Positions 1 through 13,521 of a stretch of 64,000 nucleotides of DNA are shown one piece after another. A model generated the notes under the pieces. It worked only from the letters and a program-made list of their open reading frames with translations. It had not been told where the DNA came from and searched no databases. This DNA comes from a virus. Each line of letters starts with the position of its first letter. Position 1 is the stretch's first letter. A program made the translations under genes and the position numbers. The DNA is taken from IMG/VR virus record IMGVR_UViG_3300010885_015247, positions 16,837 to 80,836 of that record, one strand, 5' to 3'.

Positions 1-1
1 T

Positions 2-1303
2 GGAAAGATTCGTTTCGGCTTTAAGACAACTAATGGTCAAGTACAGTATGTCCACGAGTTTGTTCACAATAACAACTTGTTTGAATCATACCTTCGCTCT
101 GGTAACTTACCAGCTCGCTATGAAGTAGTTACATACAACAATCCTACATATATTCCATTCCTCTTCCACTGGGGAACTTCTGTAATGATGGATGGCCGCT
201 TTGATGATGACAACGCCTACCTGTTTACAGGTTCAAGCCAGACTCTTAATATCCCAGGAACTACAGCTAAGTCCTTTGCTTCAACTGGTATTAATTTAGC
301 TACAGATCTGTTTACAGTTCAGAGTCACGGATTTACTACTGGAGAAATTCTACAGTTCCAATCAATTGGATCTAATGCTCTTCCAGGAACAAATACGCTA
401 AATCCAGCTACACAGGTAGTAGGTTCTAATACATTGGCATACCTAACTAACAACACTAAATATAAAGCTTTTGTTAACTCAGCTAACTTAATCCACTTAA
501 CTCCTCTCAGTTCGGTCATCACTGTTGGAGCTACAGTTGAGCGAACAACTACAACAATACAGGTGACAACAGCAGCTGCCCATGGGTTGACTACAGGAAT
601 GTATGTAGGAATCTATGGTATGACTGCTACAAATATTCCAAATGGTCCTTTTACAGTTACTAGAGTCAGCGATACAGTATTTACATATACCGCTACAGGG
701 TCCTTTACAGTAGCTAGTATTGCTCAGCCAGGTGCTGCTATTGCTGAAGTTATTAATTTTACAACTCAAGGAAATACTCAATACACATACTTCTTGTATC
801 CAGATGGATCACTCAATAATACATCTGGACCTAACTATCAGCCTCTACTCTCAATCCGCCTGAGTCCATCGGTTTCTTCTGGTTTAACAGGTAAACTTGG
901 TGATCGAGATGTTATTAACCGCATGCAGTTGCGTTTGAAAGAAATTGGTGTATCTACTACTCAGTTAGTAGACGTAAAGATTCTTTTGAATCCTCGTCTT
1001 AACAACCTCAGCTTTGCAGGTGTAGATTCTCCTTCACTTACACAAGTGGTTGAGCATACATCTGCAGATACTGTATCTGGTGGAGTTCAGGTTTATAACT
1101 TTAGAGCTTCAGGTGGATCATCTGGTGGTGAAAATACTACAGTAGTAGATGTTAGCTCTCTGTTCGAGCTTTCAAACTCAATCCTTGGTGGAGACTCAAT
1201 CTTCCCAGACGGACCTGATATTCTTACTATTGCGGTATCTCGTTTGACAGGTAACCCAACACTCGCATCAGCTAAGCTGTCATGGTCTGAAGCACAGGCA
1301 TAG
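2..1303 (+). CDS. Virion structural/tail-fibre-associated protein, 5'-truncated by the window
   Basis: Frame is open from base 2 (GKIRFGFKTTNGQVQYVHEFVHNNN...ESYLRSGNLPARYE), upstream of the called start at 77. Thr/Ser/Gly-rich and beta-rich; carries one copy of the repeat found in the tail proteins (HGLTTGMYV...NGPFTVT...FTYT). Confidence 0.6.
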   Translation, partial: GKIRFGFKTTNGQVQYVHEFVHNNNLFESYLRSGNLPARYEVVTYNNPTYIPFLFHWGTSVMMDGRFDDDNAYLFTGSSQTLNIPGTTAKSFASTGINLATDLFTVQSHGFTTGEILQFQSIGSNALPGTNTLNPATQVVGSNTLAYLTNNTKYKAFVNSANLIHLTPLSSVITVGATVERTTTTIQVTTAAAHGLTTGMYVGIYGMTATNIPNGPFTVTRVSDTVFTYTATGSFTVASIAQPGAAIAEVINFTTQGNTQYTYFLYPDGSLNNTSGPNYQPLLSIRLSPSVSSGLTGKLGDRDVINRMQLRLKEIGVSTTQLVDVKILLNPRLNNLSFAGVDSPSLTQVVEHTSADTVSGGVQVYNFRASGGSSGGENTTVVDVSSLFELSNSILGGDSIFPDGPDILTIAVSRLTGNPTLASAKLSWSEAQA

Positions 1304-1312
1304 GAGGGCAAG

Positions 1313-2998
<1,686 letters not shown>

Positions 2999-3042
2999 TC
3001 TAGGTATAACTCGTACCATAACTCGAAATAATAGGAGAAAAA

Positions 3043-3372
3043 ATGGCAACAGTATCAAAGCTACTAGCAAGAACGGTATTAACGGTTACTAACTCAACTG
3101 TTATATACACCGTTCCCGCTTCAACAACAACAGTACTTACAAATATTATTATAAGTAACGTTACTGCTACTTCGGCATCATTTAATTTAACGTTACCAGA
3201 TGCAACTGGCACACAGGTAGCGTTTGCTACATCGGTAGCTGTTCCAGCAAACAGCATTGCCTCATTTGATCTTAAGCAGGTACTTGGCGGATCTGGCACA
3301 CAAACAGTGATCGGATGGGCATCTACTGGCTCAGCACTGACAGCACATTTAAGTGGAGTTGAGATATCCTAA
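3043..3372 (+). CDS. Small beta-rich virion/fibre-associated protein
   Basis: SD AGGAG; YTVPASTTTVLTNIIISN resembles the N-terminal module type of the flanking fibres. Confidence 0.6.
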   Translation: MATVSKLLARTVLTVTNSTVIYTVPASTTTVLTNIIISNVTATSASFNLTLPDATGTQVAFATSVAVPANSIASFDLKQVLGGSGTQTVIGWASTGSALTAHLSGVEIS

Positions 3373-3373
3373 A

Positions 3374-3754
3374 ATGTCAAACAGCACATATCCAGTAGTC
3401 TCTTCAACTATTAAATCAGTTCAAAGAGGCTCCACTGCGTCTGCTGGAAATGTAACCATATCTGCAATAAATACATCTAAATCTTTTATAAGCTCATTTT
3501 CAACAGGTTCTGCTGGAAGTGTGCGGACAGACAGCATCACAACGGGAACATACACTCCATCTGGAGGAAATATCGGACAATACTCTCAATCTTTTAATCC
3601 AGGAAGCGGTTCCTACCCAAACTTGATTGGAACAAGAAGTTTTAGTGGAGGGTCTACTTCTCTAACTTCAGCAGCATATGGAGCATATATAGTCGACTCT
3701 ACAACAATAACTGTCTCGGGTGCTTGCCGCTGGGAAGTCGTGGAGTATTCATAA
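3374..3754 (+). CDS. Tandem paralogue 1 of a 4-member Gly/Ser-rich adhesin-like family
   Basis: Start re-called at MSNSTYP; IKSVQRG...GACRWEVVEYS; TAATG-coupled to the next gene. Confidence 0.7.
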   Translation: MSNSTYPVVSSTIKSVQRGSTASAGNVTISAINTSKSFISSFSTGSAGSVRTDSITTGTYTPSGGNIGQYSQSFNPGSGSYPNLIGTRSFSGGSTSLTSAAYGAYIVDSTTITVSGACRWEVVEYS

Positions 3755-4131
3755 TGGGATCTAAAATGTACCCGTCAAGAGTGGAAACAATTAAATCTAT
3801 CCTAAGAGGTACTGCTTCTTCAGCAGGTAATATTACAATTTCATCAGTTAATGCAAACAAATCATTTGTTACATCATTTTCTATTGGATCAGCTGGAACG
3901 GTAGCTGGAACTGGTGATACATCTGGAACTTATACTCCAAGCGGTGGTTCGGTTGGAGCTCCTGGAGGAAACTTAAACACGTCTGGATCTTTTCCAACAT
4001 ACTCTGGAACAAGAAGCTTATCTGGTGGAACTACATCAATAGCAGCAGCAAAATATGGCGCATATCTAACGAATGACACGACATTAACAGTGACTGGTGC
4101 CTGTAATTGGCAAGTTATAGAGTATTCATAA
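3754..4131 (+). CDS. Tandem paralogue 2
   Basis: Start re-called at MGSKMYP (TAATG overlap); IKSILRG...GACNWQVIEYS. Confidence 0.7.
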   Translation: MGSKMYPSRVETIKSILRGTASSAGNITISSVNANKSFVTSFSIGSAGTVAGTGDTSGTYTPSGGSVGAPGGNLNTSGSFPTYSGTRSLSGGTTSIAAAKYGAYLTNDTTLTVTGACNWQVIEYS

Positions 4132-4517
4132 TGTCGATCTCTTTGTTTCCATTAAGTGTTTCTACAATTAAATCTATTCAAAGAGGGTCTACTGCTAGTG
4201 CAGGAAATATATCAATATCCTCCGTGGATACTAATAAATCTTTTGTTAGATCCTTTTCAACTGGATCTGCTGGTTCAGTCCAACTTGCAGGAGACGAGAC
4301 TGGAACACTAAGCCCAAGTGGGGGAGGAATTGTTGGACCTGGCGGCGGAGGCGGAGCAGTAGCTGGTGGAGGATCATTTGCAAATTATTCTGGAACTAGA
4401 TTCTTTAGTGGAGGAAGCACCTCTATTACAGTTCAAGAATACGGGGTATATATAACAAACTCTACAACAATAACAGCTACAGGTGCTTGCCGCTGGGAAG
4501 TCGTGGAGTATTCATAA
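4131..4517 (+). CDS. Tandem paralogue 3
   Basis: Start re-called at MSISLFP (TAATG overlap); IKSIQRG...GACRWEVVEYS. Confidence 0.7.
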   Translation: MSISLFPLSVSTIKSIQRGSTASAGNISISSVDTNKSFVRSFSTGSAGSVQLAGDETGTLSPSGGGIVGPGGGGGAVAGGGSFANYSGTRFFSGGSTSITVQEYGVYITNSTTITATGACRWEVVEYS

Positions 4518-4894
4518 TGTCAATACAAGTATATCCTGAAGTTGCTTCTGGAATTAAATCAGTTCAAAGAGGCTCAACTGCGTCTGCTGGAGCTATAACA
4601 GTTTCATCTGTAAATACTGCAAAATCTTTTGTTACTTCTTTTTCTACAGGTTCTGCTGGAACAGTAGCAACAAATAGCTCAGAGAGCGGCACGTTAACAC
4701 CTTCTGGAGGATCGGTTGCAACGCAAGCTAATGGCGCAATGGGTGGAGGCATATTTCCCAATTTTATTGGAACAAGAAGTTTAAGTGGGGGGTCTACTTC
4801 TTTAACATCGGCAGAGTATGGAGTAACATTAACAAACTCAACAACATTGACAGCAACAGGTGCTTGTCGATGGCAATTAGTAGAATACAACTAA
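4517..4894 (+). CDS. Tandem paralogue 4
   Basis: Start re-called at MSIQVYP (TAATG overlap); IKSVQRG...GACRWQLVEYN. Confidence 0.7.
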   Translation: MSIQVYPEVASGIKSVQRGSTASAGAITVSSVNTAKSFVTSFSTGSAGTVATNSSESGTLTPSGGSVATQANGAMGGGIFPNFIGTRSLSGGSTSLTSAEYGVTLTNSTTLTATGACRWQLVEYN

Positions 4895-4905
4895 AAGGAG
4901 AAAAA

Positions 4906-5259
4906 ATGACTAACTGGGTACAGCTAAAAGACGGCGTGGCATTTGCATATGTAAATTCGCCAAATTTTGTTGATAATTCTATTGCAGTAGAGGATTCTGT
5001 TGACCCGAACACGTTGATGGCAAAAAAGTATGTTGACGGCCAATGGGAGGAAGCTCAGCTAATCTATTTTGTAGAGGAGATGCTTGGTAACAAGGTTCTT
5101 AGAGTAAATTCAACAGTATTCTCATCAGATGTAAAAGGGGATATTATTGGATCAGAAGTAAAGCCAATGTGGACTAAAAATGAAAACGGAGAATATATTC
5201 CTCCAGCTTCAATTGCAGAAGCCACAATTTATGACGAGGGTTTATTTACACAGCCGTAG
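4906..5259 (+). CDS. Hypothetical protein, possibly a fibre assembly chaperone
   Basis: SD AAGGAG then ATG at 4906 (MTNWVQLKDG); follows the paralogue array. Confidence 0.55.
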   Translation: MTNWVQLKDGVAFAYVNSPNFVDNSIAVEDSVDPNTLMAKKYVDGQWEEAQLIYFVEEMLGNKVLRVNSTVFSSDVKGDIIGSEVKPMWTKNENGEYIPPASIAEATIYDEGLFTQP

Positions 5260-5280
5260 GTCTTTAGTATAGAATGTCTA

Positions 5281-5289
5281 TGGTATAAT
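5281..5289 (+). promoter_or_regulatory. Extended -10 promoter element TGGTATAAT
   Basis: TG-n-TATAAT in the intergenic gap, followed by SD AAGGAG and ATG 5313. Confidence 0.5.
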
Positions 5290-5312
5290 AGGAAAAAAGG
5301 AGACGCAGTAAT

Positions 5313-5557
5313 ATGACGCTGGAGACTGTAGGTGACTTTGAATGGAAGGCAGAAGAGAGCGGAAACGCCTCCCTGCTCAACCTAACTATTAAAAAAATTT
5401 CTGAGAACAAGACCGTGCTTATTTCTGATGTAGTGTGGGCAACTGGACGTGAAGATTTTCTTGAAGGCGTGTATAGTGCAGCTATTGAAACCCTCGAAGG
5501 GGCAGATAATTGCTGCTTGGGTGAAGGAAAAGTTACTTTAGTAGATGGTGGTCAATA

Positions 5558-5558
<1 letters not shown>
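5313..5558 (+). CDS. Hypothetical acidic protein
   Basis: ORF with SD; TAATG-coupled to the next fibre gene. Confidence 0.6.
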
Positions 5559-7347
<1,789 letters not shown>

Positions 7348-7348
<1 letters not shown>

Positions 7349-8907
7349 TGAGTGAACTGTATCCTTACACGGTAACTACAGAGGGTATAGAGGATACAGA
7401 CTCACTGTGGGACGATCTATTAAGTAGTTCTTCAACTCTAGACACTATCCCAGATAGAGTTGTAGAGGTTGCAAACGAGAGAGCTGTAAACCCTAGAAAT
7501 ACTACATACCTACTTACAGAAGCAGAAGCTCAAAAACTAAAGGAAGACCCACGAGTTCAAGATGTAGCAAATATAGAAGTTCTTGTACCTACTAAATTTG
7601 CTTTTCAAGATGGAGCTTTCAATAAAACAACCGTATCCGCTGGAGAAAAACAAAACTGGGGCCTACTTCGTCACACAGCTGCGACCAACGTGTTTGGAAC
7701 AAGTACAGCAGATCCAGGTGGGACATATGATTATGTGCTAGACGGCACTGGTGTAGATGTAGTTATTATTGATAGCGGTATTCAGGCAGATCATCCAGAG
7801 TTTCAAGATTCTTCTGGTGCAAGCAGGGTTCAACAAATAAATTGGTTTACTGCAAGTGGAGTTCCTGGAACTATGCCAACTGGTCACTACACTGATTATG
7901 ACGGTCACGGGACCCACGTTGCTGCAACAGTGGCTGGTAAAACATTTGGCTGGGCTAAAAATGCAAATATATACTCAATTAAACTTAGTGGACTTCAGGG
8001 TACAACAGACCCTAATGGCGGAATAAGTGTATTTGATGCTTTTGACTGCATACTGGGCTGGCATAACGCAAAAACAAATGGACGACCTACTATTATTAAT
8101 AATAGCTGGGGATATAATATTTACTGGGATACTTCTTTAAATCAGATGAGTCAGAACCAAGTAAATTATTTTTCAATAACTGGTGGTTCTTATAGAGGAA
8201 CTCCTTGGTCTGGAACTACTAAAGATACGGCTAAAGGACACACTGGATCCCAGCGTTCAGCAACCTTATTTGAGTTTGAATACAACATTCCTTCTATAGA
8301 TGCAGATGTGAGTTTACTAATTGCAGCAGGAGTTATTGTATGTAATGCTGCTGGAAATAGTGGTATGAAAGCTGATGTTTTTGGCGGAGTAGACTATAAT
8401 AACTTTATAACAGTGACAAGCCTAGGAAATATCTACTACCACAGAGGATCATCTCCTAACTGCGGTACAGGGAATGGTTTCGATGTTGGTTCCATGGGAA
8501 CTGCTTTTGTCTCAACGACTGAAGCAAGAAGTTCTTTTAGCGTTTGCGGCCCAAATGTGGATATTTATGCCGCTGGACAAAACATTATGAGTGCTATGAG
8601 CAATACAAACGAACATGGAGCATCTACTAGTACTTATTATTTAAATGCTTCATATAAACAAGCAGTGATTAGCGGTACATCTATGGCATCTCCTCAGGTA
8701 GCTGGCATATGTGCCCTACTTAAGCAGGTATATCCAGATTGGACTGCAAGTCAGATAAAAAGGTGGATACTGGCTAATTCCCAATCCATCTTATACACTA
8801 CTGGTCTAGTCAATGACTATACAAGTACCGTAAGTGTTCAAGGTGGGGATGTAAAAATAATCAATATGCCTATGAAAGGGCAGAAAAAGTATATAATTTC
8901 AGGATAG
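7348..8907 (+). CDS. Subtilisin-like serine protease (peptidase S8) with N-terminal propeptide
   Basis: Catalytic motifs VVIIDSG, HGTHVA and SGTSMASPQVAG, plus AAGN. Confidence 0.92.
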
Positions 8908-8933
8908 ATCCTTATATAACGAAAAGAGATAAA

Positions 8934-9518
8934 ATGACTGAAGACTATGTAAACTGGTTTAAAAATGATGGACAGACAAATTTTGCTACATTTCTTTTAA
9001 AAAACTACGTTCCCGGTAAGCCAGCTAAGTATCTACAAGTCGGGGCATATACAGGGGATGCATCCCTTTGGATGTATGAGAACCTTCTTAAAAACTCAAA
9101 CTCTCTTCTAATAGATATTGATACATGGGAAGGCTCAGATGAACCTGTTCATCGTCAAATGAATTGGAAAACTGTGGAGTCCTTGTATGATGAAAAGGTT
9201 GCAGAAGGACTAAAAGATAAAAAGATTGTTAAGTTCAAAGGCACTAGCGACGAGTTTTTTAAATCTAATACCGAAAAGTTTGACTTTATATATGTTGATG
9301 GTGACCATACCGCTTACGGTGTCCTCAAAGATGCGGTTGCCGCATACGAATGTCTAGAGGTTGGGGGTATTATTGGATTCGATGATTACGAGTGGTCTGC
9401 TGGTTTAGGGGTTCGAAAAGAGCCAAAGATGGCAATTGATGCGTTTAGCAACATTTATGGTGATAGAGTAGTGGAGATATTAAAGGGTTATCAGCGCTGG
9501 TTTAAGAAAATAGGATAG
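8934..9518 (+). CDS. Class I SAM-dependent methyltransferase (Methyltransf_24-like)
   Basis: LQVGAYTGDAS; IDTWEGS; FDFIYVDGDH; GGIIGFDDY. Confidence 0.85.
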   Translation: MTEDYVNWFKNDGQTNFATFLLKNYVPGKPAKYLQVGAYTGDASLWMYENLLKNSNSLLIDIDTWEGSDEPVHRQMNWKTVESLYDEKVAEGLKDKKIVKFKGTSDEFFKSNTEKFDFIYVDGDHTAYGVLKDAVAAYECLEVGGIIGFDDYEWSAGLGVRKEPKMAIDAFSNIYGDRVVEILKGYQRWFKKIG

Positions 9519-9545
9519 ACTGTTTATAATAAATAAGGAGAAAAC

Positions 9546-9746
9546 ATGGAAGAAACCACAGAAGACACTAAAATTCAAGCAATAGAAGTAAAAACACATT
9601 GCTATTCATACAAAGTAGAGATGGTTGTTTCAGTTCTTGCTAGTAATGCTGAAGAAGCATTTGGTATGCTAGAGAATCAAGGTGGTTATGTGAACAAAAG
9701 AGAAGTCACTTTGATTAGTGATAAAGAAATATATAGTCAGGAATAG
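9546..9746 (+). CDS. Hypothetical protein
   Basis: SD AAGGAG; fills the gap in the operon. Confidence 0.6.
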   Translation: MEETTEDTKIQAIEVKTHCYSYKVEMVVSVLASNAEEAFGMLENQGGYVNKREVTLISDKEIYSQE

Positions 9747-9753
9747 TTTTATT

Positions 9754-9990
9754 ATGTTTAGTGGAAAAAACGGAATGAGGGGAGCACGACCTTGGGACCT
9801 TATTACACCGACGATAGGAAGGGTTTCAGAGGTAGTAAGAAATGAGAGATACTCTATCTGTGAAAGCTGCCCTCTTCTTCATCCTATTATGAAAATTTGT
9901 TCGGCATGTAACTGCTTTATGGCTCAAAAAACTAAACTACCTAATGCTAGTTGTCCTAAAGGCAAATGGGGGGAGCATGAAAAGGAATAG
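9754..9990 (+). CDS. Small Cys-rich protein (DUF6171-like)
   Basis: ERYSICESC...CSACNCFM..KT....SCPKGKW pattern; start re-called at MFSGK. Confidence 0.6.
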   Translation: MFSGKNGMRGARPWDLITPTIGRVSEVVRNERYSICESCPLLHPIMKICSACNCFMAQKTKLPNASCPKGKWGEHEKE

Positions 9991-10026
9991 TTTAGTAAGA
10001 TTTACACACTACTACTAAGGAGAGAT

Positions 10027-10377
10027 GTGACAAAAAACTATAAAGACCCGAACTTCTTCACTAACGCAGAGGTATTTGATGGAAATGTAAAGAAGCATTT
10101 TCAATGGATCACTGCCTTAAAAACAATGGGCACTAAAGAATATTGGAATATACCTAACACTGTTGAATTTCTTGCTTTTACAACAAAGGCTCTTATTATC
10201 ATTCCAGGACTACTTTTTGGTATCTCCATCTGGTGGTTGTATATATTTGCTTTTATAACAAGTGTTCTTCTTATTTGGTCAGCCACTATTAAGACTTTGC
10301 CAACTATTATATGGTTTAATATTTTGTGGAGTATTCTTGCAGCAACTTTTCTTACAAAACATTTTTTAAATATTTAA
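10027..10377 (+). CDS. Small membrane protein (about 3 TM helices)
   Basis: Hydrophobic stretches in the C-terminal half; SD AAGGAG with a GTG start. Confidence 0.65.
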   Translation: MTKNYKDPNFFTNAEVFDGNVKKHFQWITALKTMGTKEYWNIPNTVEFLAFTTKALIIIPGLLFGISIWWLYIFAFITSVLLIWSATIKTLPTIIWFNILWSILAATFLTKHFLNI

Positions 10378-10406
10378 TACAAACTAGAGATAAAGAAGAG
10401 GCATAA

Positions 10407-11489
10407 ATGAAGGTAGCTATTTATACAATTGCACTCAATGAGCGTCAGTTTGTTGATAAGTGGTTTGAGGCATCTAAAGATGCTGACTACTTAATGATTG
10501 CAGATACTGGATCGACAGACGGCACTATAGAGCGTGCCAGAGAGCTCGGGATTGTAGTTCATAGTATTAAAAACATGCCTTGGAGATTTGATGATGCACG
10601 AAACGCTGCATTAGCACTCCTACCTGAAGATATTGACATGTGTATCTCTTTGGATATGGATGAAGTAATTACTCCAAATTGGAAGCCAGTTATAGAAGAA
10701 CTATGGAGCCGAGGAGTTACACGACCACGATATAAACATATTTGGTCGTTTAATGATGATGGAACTCCCGGTCTTGAGTTTAGCTACGATCACATCCATG
10801 CTCGTAAAGGCTATAGATGGCGTCACCCAGTTCACGAGTGTCTATATAGTTATGGAATTGAAGAAAAACAAGAGTGGACAGATGGACTTGCAACTCACCA
10901 TCATCCTGATCCAAGTAAGTCTCGTTCTCAATATCTACCGCTTCTTGCTCTTTCAGTTAAAGAAGATCCATACAATGATCGCAATGCTTTTTACTACGGG
11001 CGAGAGCTGTATTTCTACGGGAAGAATGAAGAAGCAGCTAGAGAGCTTAAGCGTCATCTAGATCTACCAACAGCACATTGGGCGCCAGAGCGTGCCGCAT
11101 CCATGCGTTTTATTGGTAAGTCACTCCCAGAAGAGGCAGAGATCTGGTTTAGAAAAGCAATTGCACAAGCACCTGGTCGCAGAGAACCATGGGTAGACCT
11201 TGCAAAGCTTTACTACGAAAGAAATGACTGGACTAACTCTTTAGAGACAGCCAAAGAAGCGTTAGCTATTGTAGAAAAACCCCTCGAGTATCTCTGTGAA
11301 GCAGAAGCTTGGGGTGCTGCACCGTATGACTATGCAGCTATAGCTTGCTATAACCTAGGAATGTATAAAGAAGCATCCGAGTATGCTCAACAAGCTTATG
11401 ACTTAGAGCCAAGCAATGAAAGGTTGAAAAACAATTTAGATTTTTGTTTAATGAAATCTGATTTAGTAAAGAAAAAAGGAAAAAAGTGA
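10407..11489 (+). CDS. Family 2 glycosyltransferase with C-terminal TPRs
   Basis: IALNE, DTGSTDGT, FDDARN, LDMDE (DxD) and VHE motifs; helical TPR-like tail. Confidence 0.9.
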   Translation: MKVAIYTIALNERQFVDKWFEASKDADYLMIADTGSTDGTIERARELGIVVHSIKNMPWRFDDARNAALALLPEDIDMCISLDMDEVITPNWKPVIEELWSRGVTRPRYKHIWSFNDDGTPGLEFSYDHIHARKGYRWRHPVHECLYSYGIEEKQEWTDGLATHHHPDPSKSRSQYLPLLALSVKEDPYNDRNAFYYGRELYFYGKNEEAARELKRHLDLPTAHWAPERAASMRFIGKSLPEEAEIWFRKAIAQAPGRREPWVDLAKLYYERNDWTNSLETAKEALAIVEKPLEYLCEAEAWGAAPYDYAAIACYNLGMYKEASEYAQQAYDLEPSNERLKNNLDFCLMKSDLVKKKGKK

Positions 11490-13012
11490 ACATAGTTATT
11501 TGTGGAGGCGGGACAGCTGGTTGGCTGTCCGCTTTTATAGTAGCTCGAACAAATCCAGGACAGCACAACATAACAGTTATAGAGTCTTCCAAAATTGGGA
11601 TTGTCGGTGCTGGCGAGGCTTCTAGTGGTTTAATTATTGATATTCTAAGCGGATACTTTTTTCATAATAATAATAAACTTAATACAAATAGCGATATTGC
11701 AGAGATCGATATCTTAGATTTTATTGATAAAACAGATGGTATCCCGAAATATGCCTTAAAGCATATCAACTGGGCAAAAGATAAGGGATCGTATTTTGCT
11801 CCAGTTTCTGCTTCTGAAACAACAAGACACTCCCCTGATCAGCTTTTTAACTATGTCATATCAGAGTATGGTTTGGATAAAGCTTATCTTTGTAGTGCTA
11901 TAGGACAAGCATACGATAACAATAAATTCCCGATACAAAAAGATTTTGGATTACATTTTGATGCCTTTAAAGTTGGAAAATATATTAAAGATTACTTAGT
12001 TAAATACTACAGTGTTAAATCTGTAGATTCAGTTATTAAAAACATTAGGATTAAATCTAATGGAAACATAGAAGGAGTTCTTCTTGAAGACGGCTCAGTT
12101 CTAGAAGGAGATTTTTTTATAGACTGTACTGGTATGCAAAGAATACTAGCTAATAAACTGGAAATTAAATGGCATTCATATAAAGATTATCTTCCTGTAG
12201 ATAGAGCTATGCCTTTTCTTGTCCCATACAAGGAAGATAAAATAGTACAACCAGTTACTGAAGCCGAAGCTTTATCTTCTGGTTGGATGTGGAGAACACC
12301 TCTTCTAAGTAGAAGAGGGTGCGGCTACGTTTACAGTAGTAGTTTTATTTCTGAAGACGAGGCTCAAGCCGAAGCAGAAAAAATTATGGGGCATCCTATA
12401 GAACCTATTAGACATCTTAAGTTTGACTCTGGTCGGTTAGAAGAGGTCTGGAAGAAAAATTGTCTTGTTACTGGTCTTGCAAGCTCTTTTATTGAACCAT
12501 TAGAGGCCACATCTATCCATGCAACTATTGCTCAAGTATATTCATTCTGTCTAGAACATCTAACAAATAAAATTGAAACTACTGTTACAGAAGCAAATAT
12601 TAAAAATTACAATAAAAATATGATAAAAATGTATGAAAATTTATTAGACTTTACGGTCCTACATTATCAAGGTGGGCGTGATGATTCCGAGTTTTGGAGA
12701 TACATTAAAAATGAAAATTTAGTAACTCCGACTGTTCAAAACTATATTGAAAAAGCAAAAATTAAGATTCCAACCTATTTATATGACTCAGAGGAGCAGT
12801 GGGGAGCTAATAATCTTTGGAAGTGGAGTCTAGCTGGTCTAAATCTTATAGATCCAGAACTAGCAAGAGAAGAGCTTCTGCAATTTGACATGTACGAGTA
12901 CTCTAGAAATCACTATAATTTTTTTAGAGATGGTATTAAAAAAGACTTGTTAAATCAAAATTTACCTTTTGAGATTGATTTAAATAATCCTATTTCTTTT
13001 TATTTGTCTTAG
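11486..13012 (+). CDS. Flavin-dependent (tryptophan) halogenase family protein
   Basis: GGGTAGW FAD motif, GAGEA, FFIDCTG, GWMWRTPL (WxWxIP-like), FIEPLEATSI. Confidence 0.9.
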   Translation: MNIVICGGGTAGWLSAFIVARTNPGQHNITVIESSKIGIVGAGEASSGLIIDILSGYFFHNNNKLNTNSDIAEIDILDFIDKTDGIPKYALKHINWAKDKGSYFAPVSASETTRHSPDQLFNYVISEYGLDKAYLCSAIGQAYDNNKFPIQKDFGLHFDAFKVGKYIKDYLVKYYSVKSVDSVIKNIRIKSNGNIEGVLLEDGSVLEGDFFIDCTGMQRILANKLEIKWHSYKDYLPVDRAMPFLVPYKEDKIVQPVTEAEALSSGWMWRTPLLSRRGCGYVYSSSFISEDEAQAEAEKIMGHPIEPIRHLKFDSGRLEEVWKKNCLVTGLASSFIEPLEATSIHATIAQVYSFCLEHLTNKIETTVTEANIKNYNKNMIKMYENLLDFTVLHYQGGRDDSEFWRYIKNENLVTPTVQNYIEKAKIKIPTYLYDSEEQWGANNLWKWSLAGLNLIDPELAREELLQFDMYEYSRNHYNFFRDGIKKDLLNQNLPFEIDLNNPISFYLS

Positions 13013-13469
13013 TTTTCTGTAGTTTATCTTCTTTGTAAGATTCAACAGCATTTGCACTTGTACGACTTCTCCATGAAAAATTACACTCGGTGCAGGTAAC
13101 AATTTTTGCTGTTGTCCATCTACCACCGTTTGGTAGCTCTTCTATAGAAGTATCAAGCTTAGAAGGACGAGCAGTGCAATATGGACAATTAGGTACTCTT
13201 CTTCTTTTTGTTTCCTCACCGTTGTAGGATACGGAAAGAGTTCTACGAATGTCAACTTCATCTCTTCCACCCCAAATACCCCAAATTTGTCTATGTTCTA
13301 AGGCCCACTGCAGACACTGAGATCTGACAGGGCATTCAAAGCACATATTTTTAGCTGCATATTTTTTTGATGAATCGGTAGAAAAGAACCAATCAACAGA
13401 CTCTTTGTTTTTAGGATCGGCGCATAAAGCGTCTTTTTGCCATTCTAGGTTGTCTGCTGGTTTCCACAT
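12990..13469 (-). CDS. whiB: WhiB-family transcription factor with C-terminal zinc-ribbon extension
   Basis: WQKDALC...CFECPVRSQC...GIWGG (four Cys plus GxWGG); extra CPYC...CTEC. Confidence 0.9.
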   Translation of the reverse strand: MWKPADNLEWQKDALCADPKNKESVDWFFSTDSSKKYAAKNMCFECPVRSQCLQWALEHRQIWGIWGGRDEVDIRRTLSVSYNGEETKRRRVPNCPYCTARPSKLDTSIEELPNGGRWTTAKIVTCTECNFSWRSRTSANAVESYKEDKLQKTKTNKKK

Positions 13470-13470
13470 A

Positions 13471-13520
13471 TAGACTATATTAGACTATATAGTATAAAAC
13501 CGCTCTACTATAGACTATCT
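13471..13520. repeat. Three TAGACTAT copies upstream of whiB (13471, 13481, 13511)
   Basis: tagactatat tagactatat ... tagactatct. Confidence 0.7.
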
Positions 13521-13521
13521 A

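Noticed and set aside
3374-4894. Diversity-generating retroelement or invertible shufflon
   Set aside because: No reverse transcriptase or invertase in the window, differences are not adenine-specific, and all copies are co-oriented intact genes.
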